Assembly (NCBI GenBank): GCA_963765585.1
Contig: CAVXXB010000002.1
Span: 55,841 to 119,840 of the forward strand
Length of the DNA stretch: 64,000 nucleotides
Origin: Calditrichia bacterium
GTDB lineage: Bacteria > Calditrichota > Calditrichia > JAJRVZ01
Direction: 5' to 3'
Of this stretch, positions 31,913-43,200 are shown one piece after another. Position numbers and translations under genes: made by a program. The notes beneath the pieces are model-generated. The model was given only the letters and a program-made list of their open reading frames with translations, ran no database searches and had not been told where the DNA came from. Position 1 is the stretch's first letter, and each line of letters opens with the position of its first letter.

Positions 31913-32929
31913 TCAGTTCTTCAACACAGTTATATCCTGCACTTTTCCCCCGCGTAGAATTGTAAAGGTCAGTGGTTGATCGGCTTTTACCGCATTAATT
32001 TTCATACGAACCTGTTCGAGTTTATCTAAGTGCAATGGTATCCCTTCTACCTTCAGGATGACATCTCCACCGATAAGTAATTCCACATTGCCAATCATTA
32101 TCGGAATTCTGCCAGCACGCAATCCCATGCGCGATGCTATGGAATTTTGTGCCACCTTCTGAACCAGGAGTCCTGAACTTTGAGGAATATTAAAAGCTGC
32201 GGCCAATTCGTCATGAAGATAGAAATGATCCAGCCCGGTCCAGAAAAAAGGTTGTTCCAATAGGATTTTTTTTGCCGTATTTGAAGAAACCGCAAAACCG
32301 ATCCCTTCAAAGCCACCGGATTGGGATAATATATGGCTTACAATACCAACAATCTCGCCCTGCATATTAAACATGGGACCACCTGAGTTCCCCTGGTTAA
32401 TGGATGCATCGGTTTGCAGCAATTCCATGCCCATCATATCGCTGGTAGCACGGTCTTCCTTTCTTTTTCCACTGATATACCCAACAGTAAGTGACTGACT
32501 GATGCCATAGGGTGCGCCGACAATGATAACCTGATCCCCGACATTGATATTGTTTGAATCTCCGAGTTTTGCAATCGTATAATTTTTAGGCATCCATTCC
32601 AATTTTATTAATGCCACATCCGCCATTTGGTTTGAGGATAAAATTTTGGCCGGAATTTTTTCACCATCATCAAATTCCACAACCAACCTGTCGGCGGTTT
32701 GCACCACATGGGCTGCTGTCATTATTTCACCCTGTTCAGATATTAAGACACCCGATCCCAACCCTGCCATCATGACATCCTGTCTGCCGGTAACCGGTGA
32801 AGACATTTGTTCCCCAACATTAATAACCACCACCGAATTCTTCATACTTTTAAATATTTCGCCAATATTTTGTGCAGATAATTGTACCGACAACATAAAT
32901 AGAATAACCATCATAAGCCTGTACATCAT
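31913..32929 (-). CDS. HtrA/DegP-like trypsin serine protease with one PDZ domain
   Basis: GLGSGV, TAAHV, DVALIK, QTDASINQGNSGGP, PDZ GLLV...GDVI. Confidence 0.92.
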   Translation of the reverse strand: MMYRLMMVILFMLSVQLSAQNIGEIFKSMKNSVVVINVGEQMSSPVTGRQDVMMAGLGSGVLISEQGEIMTAAHVVQTADRLVVEFDDGEKIPAKILSSNQMADVALIKLEWMPKNYTIAKLGDSNNINVGDQVIIVGAPYGISQSLTVGYISGKRKEDRATSDMMGMELLQTDASINQGNSGGPMFNMQGEIVGIVSHILSQSGGFEGIGFAVSSNTAKKILLEQPFFWTGLDHFYLHDELAAAFNIPQSSGLLVQKVAQNSIASRMGLRAGRIPIMIGNVELLIGGDVILKVEGIPLHLDKLEQVRMKINAVKADQPLTFTILRGGKVQDITVLKN

Positions 32930-32941
32930 TCTCTCCTTTTA

Positions 32942-35117
32942 CTAAAAAATAAATCCTGCCTTAAAATAATAATTATATTGTTTCGGACCCGGATTGAGCG
33001 GGCTATGATCTCCGCGCGAATAAATGAACTCAAATGGTCCGATAATTGAATAAAATTTTATACCTATAGCATATCCAATAATGATATTATTCCCGACCGG
33101 TGGTGACTGACCATCAATCTGATAGCCAAAAGCCGCATTACCCATTAGTTTTACGAAAATATCCTTTTTGAACTCATAGCGATAGTCCAGACGGGCGACC
33201 GTCATCTCATCAGCCACCAGTTGCATATAATCCAGACCAACAAATGAGTCGGGACCGCCGAGAAAAAATTTATTATAAACCGGGAGTGTTTTGCTGGTGC
33301 CAAAAAATCCCTGTAACATAAATGTATGGTATTTTGCAAATGTTAGAAACAGACGGGCATTTAGTTCAAGACGTATAAAATTCAACTCAGAGCCCAATTT
33401 CTTATTACTATAATCATATTTTCCATAAAAATAAAAACCATCACGCGGTAGAAGAAAATTATCAAGCCGGTCAATAGTGGATGAGAGAATTATGGTACGT
33501 AATTTGTCGTCAAATTCGGGAAACCTGCTTGCATCTCTAACGGCAACATCCGGTTTGACATTCATGTATTGAAAAGCATATTCTGCCTCAAGAATCGCTG
33601 ATCTGCTAATGAGCATGTTCAATCCAAATCCCAAAGAATGTCCTTTATCTTTGTATGAGGCAATTTGATCACCACCTGATTCATAAATGGGGGTGGGGAT
33701 ATCCCAAAAATAATATTTTAAGAATGGAAAGATGGTACGACCCAGGCTACGGGACGGAAGTGAGGGCTTAAAAAGGAACGATGTTAGACCGGCAAATTGT
33801 AATTCACTCTCGAGTTTCGAGCCTGGGATTAAAAGATCGGTGCCTACAAACGAAGCATTACCCACCAGATAATGCAAATCATCATATCGGAATCCTAATC
33901 GTAGTTCGCGCTGTGTTCCTTCCTCTACTCTGACCAGGATGTTAACTTTATTATCCCTAGCCGGTGTAATGATCATAATCAATCATCTTGAAATACCCTA
34001 ACGCATACAGCTGGGTAATTCTATTTTCCAGTTCATTCTCGTTAAACAGATCACCCGGGCTCAATCCAATTTGATTATATATAAAACTGAATGATAAATT
34101 TTCATTTCCGGTGATCTGCAGGCCATAAATTCTTCTGATGGGATCCACAGATGCAGTGCGGGATCGATTCTTTTTTTGAGTTTCAACTATGTGCAATCTA
34201 TTTTTAAGTGTGCGAAACTCCTGCAACTTTTTTGCCGCAGCGATTCTGCCCTGCTCCAACAAAAGGTCCACTTGTTTAGGATCAAAATCTGCAGGGGAGA
34301 AACTTTTTATATCGGGCGAGACCAGAATATCAGCAAGTTTTATATTTTGCTCAATTCTTTCAAGACCCAACAAGTTATAGGTTTGCTGAAAAACATCAAC
34401 CAGGCTCTTTATGTCCTTTCTTTCCAGCAAAGGAGCGCCTACATCCACCGCAATAATTATATCCACACCCATGTCTTTTAAAACGTCTGTCGGTAAATTA
34501 TTGACAAGACCGCCATCCACCAATAAAGAATCTCCCCAGGAAACCGGTTTAAACACGGTAGGAATTGACATCGTAGTACGCATTGCTTTTGCAAGTGAGC
34601 CGGAATTGATAATCACTTCTTTACCTTTTACCAGATCCGTTGCGACACATTGATAAGGAATTGGCAGTTGATCAAAATTATCAACTGATTGATACCCCAT
34701 TGTTAATCGAGAGAATAGCAGCATCACATTCTGTCCTTCAATTAGGGCTTCCGGAATAACCGGAGTAAATCCCTCCAAACCCAGGACAATTTGGTGCCGT
34801 CCATCATATTTTTTACGAAGAAATGGTACATTATCTCGTACCGGCTTATCTGTAAATAACTCTACCCAATCGATATACTTTACCAAATACTCAAGATCAT
34901 CTCCGGAATATCCAATCGAATACAACGCTCCAACGATGCCGCCCATACTGGTGCCCACAATATAGTCAATTGGAATTTCCAGAGAATCGATCATTTGAAG
35001 CGTACCAACATGTGCGATACCTTTCGCACCACCGCCTGAAAGAGCGAGGCCGATGGTTGGCCGTTTGGGATTTGCCATTATCCTGGTTGAAAAAAGAAAT
35101 CCCAGAATAAAAAGCAA
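32942..35117 (-). CDS. Patatin-like phospholipase + POTRA + Omp85 barrel (PlpD / type Vd-like); one frameshift near 33975
   Basis: GGGAKG, GTSMG, DGG; POTRA ITGN...LYALGYF; barrel FFLGG, terminal GFIF; ORFs 33957..35117 and 32942..33982. Confidence 0.85.
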
Positions 35118-35196
35118 TATGATATACGGGGTTTTTGAGATTGAATTAGAAATAATTAATCCTATCCAACTGAGAGATTATTTACGAATAAATAAA

Positions 35197-35772
35197 TTAC
35201 AGACGACGATTCAACTTTTCCACTCCTGGCAATAGTATTAGTGTTAATGCGATTTTAATGGCGGCCCCTGGGATAAAAGGATAAAAACCCAGTTGCAAGA
35301 CATTACTCACACCAACATAATGCTTAAGCCAACCTAATCCACTAATAAAAATTATTGCGGTTCCCGCAGCCAAAGCAATGGTATAAATTATCATCCTGGG
35401 CGTTATGTTGTTTTCTGCTATTAGCGCTGTAAAATACACGGCAGGTAAAAATCCGATCAGATATCCACCGGTTGGGCCAATGAGATGTCCAGGCCCAAAT
35501 CCTGCATTTGCAAATACAGGCAGACCGAACGCACCCTCCAGCAAGTAAGTCATAACTGCCAGCAGGCCCCGATTTTTACCTAGAAGTAAACCAATGAGCA
35601 AAACGGCAAATGTCTGTCCGGTAATCGGGACCGGACTAAACGGCACTCTAATTGCAATTTGAGCAAATAAAGCAATAACCACGGATGCCCCGGCAATGAT
35701 CACAAAATCAAATATAAAGGCATCATATTTTTCTTCAGGTCGATATGCATCGATAAAATAATTCTGTTGCAT
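35197..35772 (-). CDS. bioY: Biotin transporter BioY
   Basis: PVPITGQTFAVLL, YLLEGAFGLPVFA, GPTGGYLIGF, PFIPG; start MQQNY at 35772. Confidence 0.93.
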   Translation of the reverse strand: MQQNYFIDAYRPEEKYDAFIFDFVIIAGASVVIALFAQIAIRVPFSPVPITGQTFAVLLIGLLLGKNRGLLAVMTYLLEGAFGLPVFANAGFGPGHLIGPTGGYLIGFLPAVYFTALIAENNITPRMIIYTIALAAGTAIIFISGLGWLKHYVGVSNVLQLGFYPFIPGAAIKIALTLILLPGVEKLNRRL

Positions 35773-35912
35773 TGATTTCTCGTATGTGATGATTAGACAG
35801 ATTTTTAATTTCACATATTTTTTATAACAAATCTACTTTTTTTTTGACTTTGGCTTTCGGCTCTTAGCAATCGGCTGCCGGCAAAGAGTAGAACCATCAC
35901 ACTTCATTTCCT

Positions 35913-35978
35913 GTCATCTTGCAGAGATCCTCCCGGATTGCCGGTGCCCAACCGACCGGAAGATTCCTTTGGAATGAC
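35913..35978. repeat. REP-like palindromic element, copy B
   Basis: GTCATCTTGCAGAGATC...AGATTCCTTTGGAATGAC, homologous to 22495-22560. Confidence 0.75.
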
Positions 35979-36184
35979 AAGCTGGTGCTTGTAACTAATC
36001 CCAGTATCCTGCATCTTTCAGCGAAAAAATCTTAATTATTCTGAAATTATTTAAGAATTTGCGTTAATTTACCGAATAAAAGATATACAATACCTATAGC
36101 GGGTAAAATCAATAAAGCCGGATTTGTTCTATTCCCAGCTGGTGATAACCGGAGAAACATCATTTACTTAAAAGTTGTATATAG

Positions 36185-38056
36185 ATGAACAAAACTAAAC
36201 GACTCTCTGTCTTACTGATTGATGATGATGAATACATCAGAGGTTATGTTAAGTCACTTATTAAAGAACGTAAATATGAAGTAATTGAAGCTGGCGATGG
36301 ATTCACCGGAATAAAGTTGTTTAAAGTGAAGCAACCGGATTTGGTTCTTGTCGACCTTCGTATGCCGGAGATAGATGGCTTGGATGTTCTTTTAAAACTC
36401 AAATCCATCTCTCCAGAGACTCCATTAATTGTAATTTCCGGGACTGGTGATATTAAAGACGCAGTTGAAGCAGTCCGAAGAGGCGCCTGGGAATATGTCA
36501 TCAAACCAATTTCCGATCCAAATCATTTATATTCTGCCATAGACCGGGCGCTGGAACGCTTCCGGCTCATTTCTGAAAACCGGGCATATCAAAATAATCT
36601 TGAAGAACAGGTTCAGCAAAGGACAGAGGAATTAATTAAGTTAAACAGGCAACTCACCACCAGTGAGGCCCGATATCGCAGTGTCGTAGAAGATCAAACC
36701 GAAACCATATCGCGTTTTCTTGCCGATGGAAGCCGCACATTTGTAAACCAAAGTTATTGCCGATTGTTTGGAAAGTCGCAAAAAGATTTATTAGGTAGCG
36801 ATTTTTTCGCCCAAATATATGAGGAAGACATAGACAAAGTTAAAAAGAAGATCTATTCGCTTTCCGTACAAAATCCTGTGAAGGTTGATGAGCGGCGGGT
36901 AAAACTCCCGAACGGTAAGATCAGCTGGCAACAGGTTACTGACCGTATCATTCTGGATAAAAAAAAGAAAATAGTTGAATACCAGGCTGTAGGCGTTGAT
37001 ATCACTGAACGGAAGAATGGCGAAAAGGCCTTACGTGAGGCTTTGGAAGAGGTTGAGAGGTTAAAAAACAAACTCCAGGATGAAGTTGTTTATTTGCGCG
37101 AAGAAATAAAATTGGAACATAATTTCGAAGAAATTATTGGCAAGAGCGATGCCATCAAGCAGGTTTTTAATCAGGTTGAGATGGTAACTCCAAATGATAC
37201 AACGGTGCTTATCCTGGGTGAAACAGGAACCGGAAAAGAATTGATAGCCCGGGCAGTTCATAATCTGAGTTCCCGAAGGAAAAGACCTCTGGTAAAAATA
37301 AATTGTGCTGCACTGCCGGTGAATCTCATTGAAAGCGAACTGTTTGGTCACGAGAAAGGTGCGTTTACCGGAGCAGTAACTACCAGGATCGGGCGATTTG
37401 AACTTGCGGATGGTACATCCATTTTTCTTGATGAAATTGGTGAACTCCCGCTTGAACTGCAAACAAAATTATTACGTGTCTTGCAGGAAGGGGAATTTGA
37501 GAGAGTCGGTGGTGACGAAACAATAAAAGTGGATGTGCGTGTGATTGCCGCAACCAACCGGGATCTCCCAAATTCAGTTAAAACCGGAGAATTCAGAGAG
37601 GACCTATTTTACAGATTGAATGTTTTTCCCATTGACATGCCTCCCTTGCGTGAGCGGAAAGCAGATATCCCGCTCTTAGCAAGCTATTTTGCCCAAAAAT
37701 ATGGTCGAAAACAAGGAAAAATATTTGAAAAAATTTCTCAAAGCACAATTAAGTATCTGCAACAATTGGAATGGGAAGGTAATATCCGCGAACTGGAAAA
37801 TATAATTGAACGGGCGGTAATTTTCAGCAAACCACCTGAATTAAAACTAAATCAACAATTTTCATTTTCATCCGAAATAAAATCGCCATCGGCAGAATCC
37901 AGATCACTACAAGCAATAGAACGAGAGCACATTACAAAAATTCTCGATGAAAAAAACTGGGTTATCCAAGGCGAAGGCGGTGCCGCAAAAGTACTGGGGC
38001 TACACCCCAACACACTACGCTCCAGAATGCAGAAACTCAGCATATCTAAATCCTGA
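36185..38056 (+). CDS. Sigma54-dependent activator REC-PAS-AAA+-HTH (NtrC/FhlA-like)
   Basis: REC (IDDD, DLRMP, KP), PAS, GETGTGKE, ESELFGHEKGAFTGA, FREDLFYRL, GAAKVLGLHPNTLRSRM. Confidence 0.94.
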   Translation: MNKTKRLSVLLIDDDEYIRGYVKSLIKERKYEVIEAGDGFTGIKLFKVKQPDLVLVDLRMPEIDGLDVLLKLKSISPETPLIVISGTGDIKDAVEAVRRGAWEYVIKPISDPNHLYSAIDRALERFRLISENRAYQNNLEEQVQQRTEELIKLNRQLTTSEARYRSVVEDQTETISRFLADGSRTFVNQSYCRLFGKSQKDLLGSDFFAQIYEEDIDKVKKKIYSLSVQNPVKVDERRVKLPNGKISWQQVTDRIILDKKKKIVEYQAVGVDITERKNGEKALREALEEVERLKNKLQDEVVYLREEIKLEHNFEEIIGKSDAIKQVFNQVEMVTPNDTTVLILGETGTGKELIARAVHNLSSRRKRPLVKINCAALPVNLIESELFGHEKGAFTGAVTTRIGRFELADGTSIFLDEIGELPLELQTKLLRVLQEGEFERVGGDETIKVDVRVIAATNRDLPNSVKTGEFREDLFYRLNVFPIDMPPLRERKADIPLLASYFAQKYGRKQGKIFEKISQSTIKYLQQLEWEGNIRELENIIERAVIFSKPPELKLNQQFSFSSEIKSPSAESRSLQAIEREHITKILDEKNWVIQGEGGAAKVLGLHPNTLRSRMQKLSISKS

Positions 38057-38080
38057 TAATAATTTTCTGTTAGTAAACTT

Positions 38081-38110
38081 CGATATTTCGTATCGTCACG
38101 ATATATCGTG
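38081..38110. promoter_or_regulatory. Tandem upstream activating sequences for a sigma54 activator
   Basis: CGATATTTCG (38081-38090) and perfect palindrome CACGATATATCGTG (38097-38110), ~100-130 bp upstream of the -24/-12 element. Confidence 0.65.
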
Positions 38111-38211
38111 GTGAATATGTAACTTCATTCTCTTACCTGCCAAACTCTTATTTTCCCTAAATAATTATTAATTCTATAGTTACAATGCTACTAAATGACC
38201 TATTTATTTTT

Positions 38212-38226
38212 TGGCATGGTTATTGT
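38212..38226 (+). promoter_or_regulatory. Sigma54 (-24/-12) promoter
   Basis: TGGCATGGTTATTGT vs consensus TGGCACGNNNNTTGC with correct spacing, 80 bp before the porin start. Confidence 0.7.
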
Positions 38227-38307
38227 CTAATATCCCACCGAATTCGAATTAAAGGATGTAATATTTTAACACAGTTAAAATAGTAAGTATGGAGAGGAGA
38301 ACAGACA

Positions 38308-39627
38308 ATGAATTATGGAAGCAAAACTATCCTGGTATTGCTCATGTTAGCGGCGACTATATTTGCACAGGTTGACGGTATTCAAATTCATGGGTTTATT
38401 TCACAGGGCTATTTGAAGAGTAGTGACAACAACTTTCTTGGCCGCACTGCCGAGGGAACATTTGAGTTCAATGAAGTTGGTCTTAATTTTTCAACAGAAT
38501 TAACTGATAACCTGCGTGTCGGTATGCAGTTTTTTGCCCGGGATTTAGGTTATCTCGGTAATGATAATATCGTGGTAGACTGGGCATATGGTGACTATCG
38601 GTATTTTGACTGGTTTGGTGTCCGCGGTGGAAAAATGAAAATGCCGCTGGGCTTATATAATGAAATTAGAGATATCGATATGCTGCGGACCAGCATCCTG
38701 ATGCCTCAGGGAGTATATAACGAAAGTTGGCGTGATACGTTCAATGCCATCAAGGGTATCGGTATTTATGGTACCACCAGAATTGGTGTACTCGGATCAA
38801 TCAGTTATCAGGGCCAGATAGGTGTACTCAATGTAGGTCCGGAAACAGGTATGAACAAATACATTGAAGACCAATTATTTGCCCACATGGACGAGTACAA
38901 ACTTTCGACTTCATATGTTGCAAATCTGGCATGGGAGACACCTTTACAGGGCTTTAAACTTGCAACCAGCGTTTTTTCATCTGATATGACAATCAGCGGT
39001 ATAACAGAAGATTCTGATTTTTGGCGTAACCAGACAATCAATGCAGTCGGCGATGTTCTGGAAACATACGGACTGGATCGTCCTCAATCGTATGAGGAGG
39101 CATTGGCCATAGCGGAAACTTTTGGTGTTGATGCCGATTTGGTTGGGATTCCCATCATTCAGGAGCTAAATGATAATTTCGGATTATGGTTCTCCGGAGA
39201 ATTCACATATGAAAATTTAATTCTGGCCGCAGAGTATTTTACCCTGTCAACCCAGGTAGCCACGTCCAATCCGGATCTGGGCGAATTACGTTCATTTGAA
39301 AATGAATTGGGTGGATTTTATGGAAGTATCGGCTATCGGTTCAACAATTGGTTCGAAGCCGCATCTTATTATTCCGAATACTATACGGATCTGAGTGATA
39401 AAGACGGAAAGGGATATGCAGGTGTTTATGGTCTTCCCGCGTCTAACTCATATCTGAAAGACACGGCCTTATCGCTGAGATTTGATGTAAACTCACATTG
39501 GATTATCAAAGTGGAAGGACATAGCATGAACGGTACCGCAGTAATGTTCCGCCAGGATCAGGACGATCCAAAAGACGTAAAGAAAGACTGGATGCTTTTT
39601 GCAGGTAAACTAACTTATAACTTCTAG
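38308..39627 (+). CDS. Outer membrane beta-barrel (porin-like) protein
   Basis: Signal peptide, IHGFISQG, VDWAYGDY, RGGKMKMPLGLYNE, alternating amphipathic strands, terminal YNF. Confidence 0.75.
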   Translation: MNYGSKTILVLLMLAATIFAQVDGIQIHGFISQGYLKSSDNNFLGRTAEGTFEFNEVGLNFSTELTDNLRVGMQFFARDLGYLGNDNIVVDWAYGDYRYFDWFGVRGGKMKMPLGLYNEIRDIDMLRTSILMPQGVYNESWRDTFNAIKGIGIYGTTRIGVLGSISYQGQIGVLNVGPETGMNKYIEDQLFAHMDEYKLSTSYVANLAWETPLQGFKLATSVFSSDMTISGITEDSDFWRNQTINAVGDVLETYGLDRPQSYEEALAIAETFGVDADLVGIPIIQELNDNFGLWFSGEFTYENLILAAEYFTLSTQVATSNPDLGELRSFENELGGFYGSIGYRFNNWFEAASYYSEYYTDLSDKDGKGYAGVYGLPASNSYLKDTALSLRFDVNSHWIIKVEGHSMNGTAVMFRQDQDDPKDVKKDWMLFAGKLTYNF

Positions 39628-39648
39628 GTATGCGGGAGGAAAATTAAT

Positions 39649-40086
39649 ATGCGAAATTTGAACATAAATATAGTGATTTTCATGATACTTCTGGCATACG
39701 GTTTTGGATATAGCCAATCATCAAATTCATACAAGGTAATTGTGAATAAGACCAACAGCATAGAAGAAATTGATCAATCAGATCTATCCGATATGTTTTT
39801 AAAAAACCTTACAAAATGGCCGGATAAGAAAAAAATCACACCGGTTGATTTAAACAGTGAGTCAAAAACCAGAGCATCTTTTTCAAAATCTGTGCACAAT
39901 AAATCTTTCAACGCCATAAAAGCGTACTGGCAGAAAAAAATCTTTACCGGAAAGGGAGTGCCACCCGTTGAGAAAAACAGTGACGCCGAGGTGATTGCTT
40001 TTGTAAAGGAGAATGAAGGTGCCATCGGATATATTTCTTCAGATGCCAGTTCCAGTGGTGTCAAAGTTATTAAAGTGAAGGAATAA
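39649..40086 (+). CDS. Small periplasmic PBP2/PstS-like protein (half-size substrate-binding fold)
   Basis: Signal peptide; VIVNKTN...LSDMFL..KWPD...YWQKKIFTGKG.PP...VIAFVKENEGAIGYI. Confidence 0.75.
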   Translation: MRNLNINIVIFMILLAYGFGYSQSSNSYKVIVNKTNSIEEIDQSDLSDMFLKNLTKWPDKKKITPVDLNSESKTRASFSKSVHNKSFNAIKAYWQKKIFTGKGVPPVEKNSDAEVIAFVKENEGAIGYISSDASSSGVKVIKVKE

Positions 40087-40118
40087 GTTCGCATGATGAG
40101 TACAGGTAAAAATTACCA

Positions 40119-40149
40119 GTCGCTGCCAGTCTGTTATATTGGCAGCGAC
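40119..40149 (+). other. Intra-operon stem-loop without U-tract
   Basis: GTCGCTGCCA / TGGCAGCGAC 10-bp perfect stem between PBP and kinase genes. Confidence 0.55.
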
Positions 40150-40214
40150 GAATTCACAATTAAGAAGAAAGTCTTCTAATTCATAAAAATTCAATGCTAT
40201 AGGGAATTATTATC

Positions 40215-43200
40215 ATGTTCAAAAATATAAAAATCAGAACTAAAATAGTCTTAATGCCGGCACTGGCAGGTGCCGCATTCTTAACGATCCTGATTATTAA
40301 TACAATGCTGGGATCGCAAAACAATCAACTATTGGTTTCAATAGAGAATGGGTATTTCCCTGCGCTGGAGATGAGCCGTGAATTGGAAGGCATTCTGGCT
40401 CAGGTGCAGCGGAATATGCAGTATGCCGCTTCTGCCATGGATGAGGAAGTTCTGACTGAAACAGATTTGCTTCGCGATAACTTTCTCGCCATAGTAGAAA
40501 ACAGCAATGATAATCCGGTTTTAAATCAGGCAGAAATATTATTTCTGGAACAGGCATTCAGTGACTACTATCCGTTGGCGCGTAAGACCACCTTACAAAT
40601 GATAAATGAGGGTCTGGTCGAGGAAGTTATACAGAATCTCGATGCGATGCAGGAGAAATACAATCTCATTCAAAACAAACTCAATGTCATGATTAGTGAC
40701 AAAAAACTGGATATGGCAAAGGCAATTGGGGATGCACAAAGTAATCAGGGATCCATTGTACTTTCAATAATTATAATTACCCTACTGAGTCTTTTACTTT
40801 TGCTCTTTATATCTTTTGTTTTTATTCGCTCCATCACCCGACCGCTTCAGCAAATTGTTGGGGCGGCAAATCAACTGGCAAACGGGAATGTAGACATCGA
40901 ATTAGCCATCGAACAAAATGACGAGATAGGTGAACTAGCGAAGACTACATCAAGTTTGGTTGAAACATCCAGACAACTTTCACTCGCTGCCGATGCAATC
41001 GGTCAGGGTGACTATCATGTGGATATCAATGTTCGAAGTGAAACAGATATTCTTGGAAAATCCCTGCAGCGCATGAAAAAAAATTTATTGACCATGAGTA
41101 CCGAAAACGAACATGATAACTGGTTAAAAACAGGTCAGGCGGAATTAAGTGATAAAATGCGCGGTGATCAGAATATTGTTGAGGTGGCTCAGAATGTACT
41201 GAATTATCTCGCCAAGTATATAAATGCCCAGGTTGGAGCCGTCTATTTGAGTGACGGAACCGATAAACTAAAACTGACCGGCAGTTATGCCTACAAAAAG
41301 AGAAAAAATCTTTCCAGTGAATTCACACTGGGAGAGGGATTGGTTGGACAGTGCGCACTGGAGAAAAAATCCATCGTGATCACAGACGTTCCCAACGACT
41401 ATATCAGGATCAATTCAGGAGTTGGGGAACATGCACCATTAAATTTAATGGTAACACCGCTCTTATACGATGGCCAATTGCATGGCGTCATTGAATTAGG
41501 TGGATTTCATGAGTTTACTGATCTGGAAATGAATTTTCTGGAACAGGCAACTGAAAATATCGCCATCGCTCTCCAGAGTGCCGTTTCCAGATTTAAAGTG
41601 AAGGAACTCTTAGAAGAAACACAAAACCAGGCTGCAGAGTTGCAGGCCCAACAGGAAGAACTCAGAGTTACCAATGAAGAACTGGAAGAACAGACTCAGA
41701 ATCTAAGAAATTCCGAAGAAGATTTGAAATCACAGCAAGAGGAACTGAAAAAATCTAATACGGAATTGGAGAGACAGACTGATGCACTTAAAGAACGACA
41801 AACTGAAATTGAGAATAAAAACCTGGAACTGGAACAGGCAAGAAAAGAAATTGAGAAAAAGGCTGATGAGCTGGAACTCAGCAGTAAATATAAATCTGAG
41901 TTTCTGGCTAATATGTCTCACGAATTACGAACACCATTAAATAGTATTCAGATACTTTCAAAACTATTAAGTGAAAATAAAGATAAAAATCTGACTGAAA
42001 AGCAGATGAATTTTGCAAAAACAATAAATTCATCCGGATCTGATCTGCTTGGTCTGATCAACGAAATTCTTGATTTGTCCAAAATAGAAGCCGGTAAAAT
42101 GAATTTAAATCTGGAAGATATGACCCTGGGTTACCTACCCAGCTACATTCAGCAGAACTTTGAACATCTAACATCGGAAAAAGGCTTATATCTTAAAGTT
42201 GAAATGGATAAAGATTTGCCAAAAAATATTCGGTCCGACCGACAGCGCGTGGAACAAATATTGAAGAACTTATTATCCAATGCGATAAAGTTTACTGAAA
42301 ATGGCGGCGTCTCGGTAAAAATCAACAGACCTTCTGCGGAACTGAATTTAAAACAATCCGGTTTATCACCCGACTCTTCAATATGTATTTCGGTTATTGA
42401 CAGCGGTATAGGTATACCGGATGAAAAGAAACAACTGATATTCCACGCCTTTCAGCAGGCCGACGGTACAACCAGCCGTAAATTTGGCGGAACTGGTTTG
42501 GGATTATCGATTTCATTGCAACTTGCCAAATTAATGGGTGGTGAAATACAGGTTGCCAGTGAAATTAATGAAGGAAGTACATTCCGTCTCCTTCTGCCCG
42601 ATATCTGCCTGCAGGGAGCAGAGACCTCGACACCGTCTCACGAAGAAATGGCTGATACAGAGATAGAAAAACCGGTAAAAGATGAAATCGAAAATGTTTC
42701 CCTCTCAATAATGCCTCAAAAGAAAGAGGCTAACCCGAATCAGGTTAACGAAATAAGGGATGACCGGCTGGAGATCCTGGATGATGATCGATCTATTCTG
42801 ATTATTGAAGATGACGCAAACTTTGCCAAGATACTCTTCGATTTTACAAGGGAAAAGGGATTTAAATGTCTGTTAGCTGAGGATGGTGAAGCCGGGTTGC
42901 AGTTGGCCAATCAATATAAACCCAGTGCCATTTTACTGGATATCGGTCTGCCACGTATTGATGGCTGGACTGTGATGGAACGGCTTAAAGAAAATACAGA
43001 AACCAGGCACATCCCGGTCTATTTTATCTCAGGTCAGGATAAACAGATGGCGGCTATGAATATGGGTGCTATTGGATATCTACTAAAACCGGTTAGTCAG
43101 GAAGGATTGAATGATGCCTTTGCAAAAATTGACAAGATAATATCGAAAGATATAAAAAAATTGCTGGTTGTGGAAGATGATCAGGTCATGCGTGAGAGCA

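Noticed and set aside
39649-40086. Pst phosphate ABC transporter
   Set aside because: Protein is under half the size of PstS and no permease/ATPase genes are adjacent
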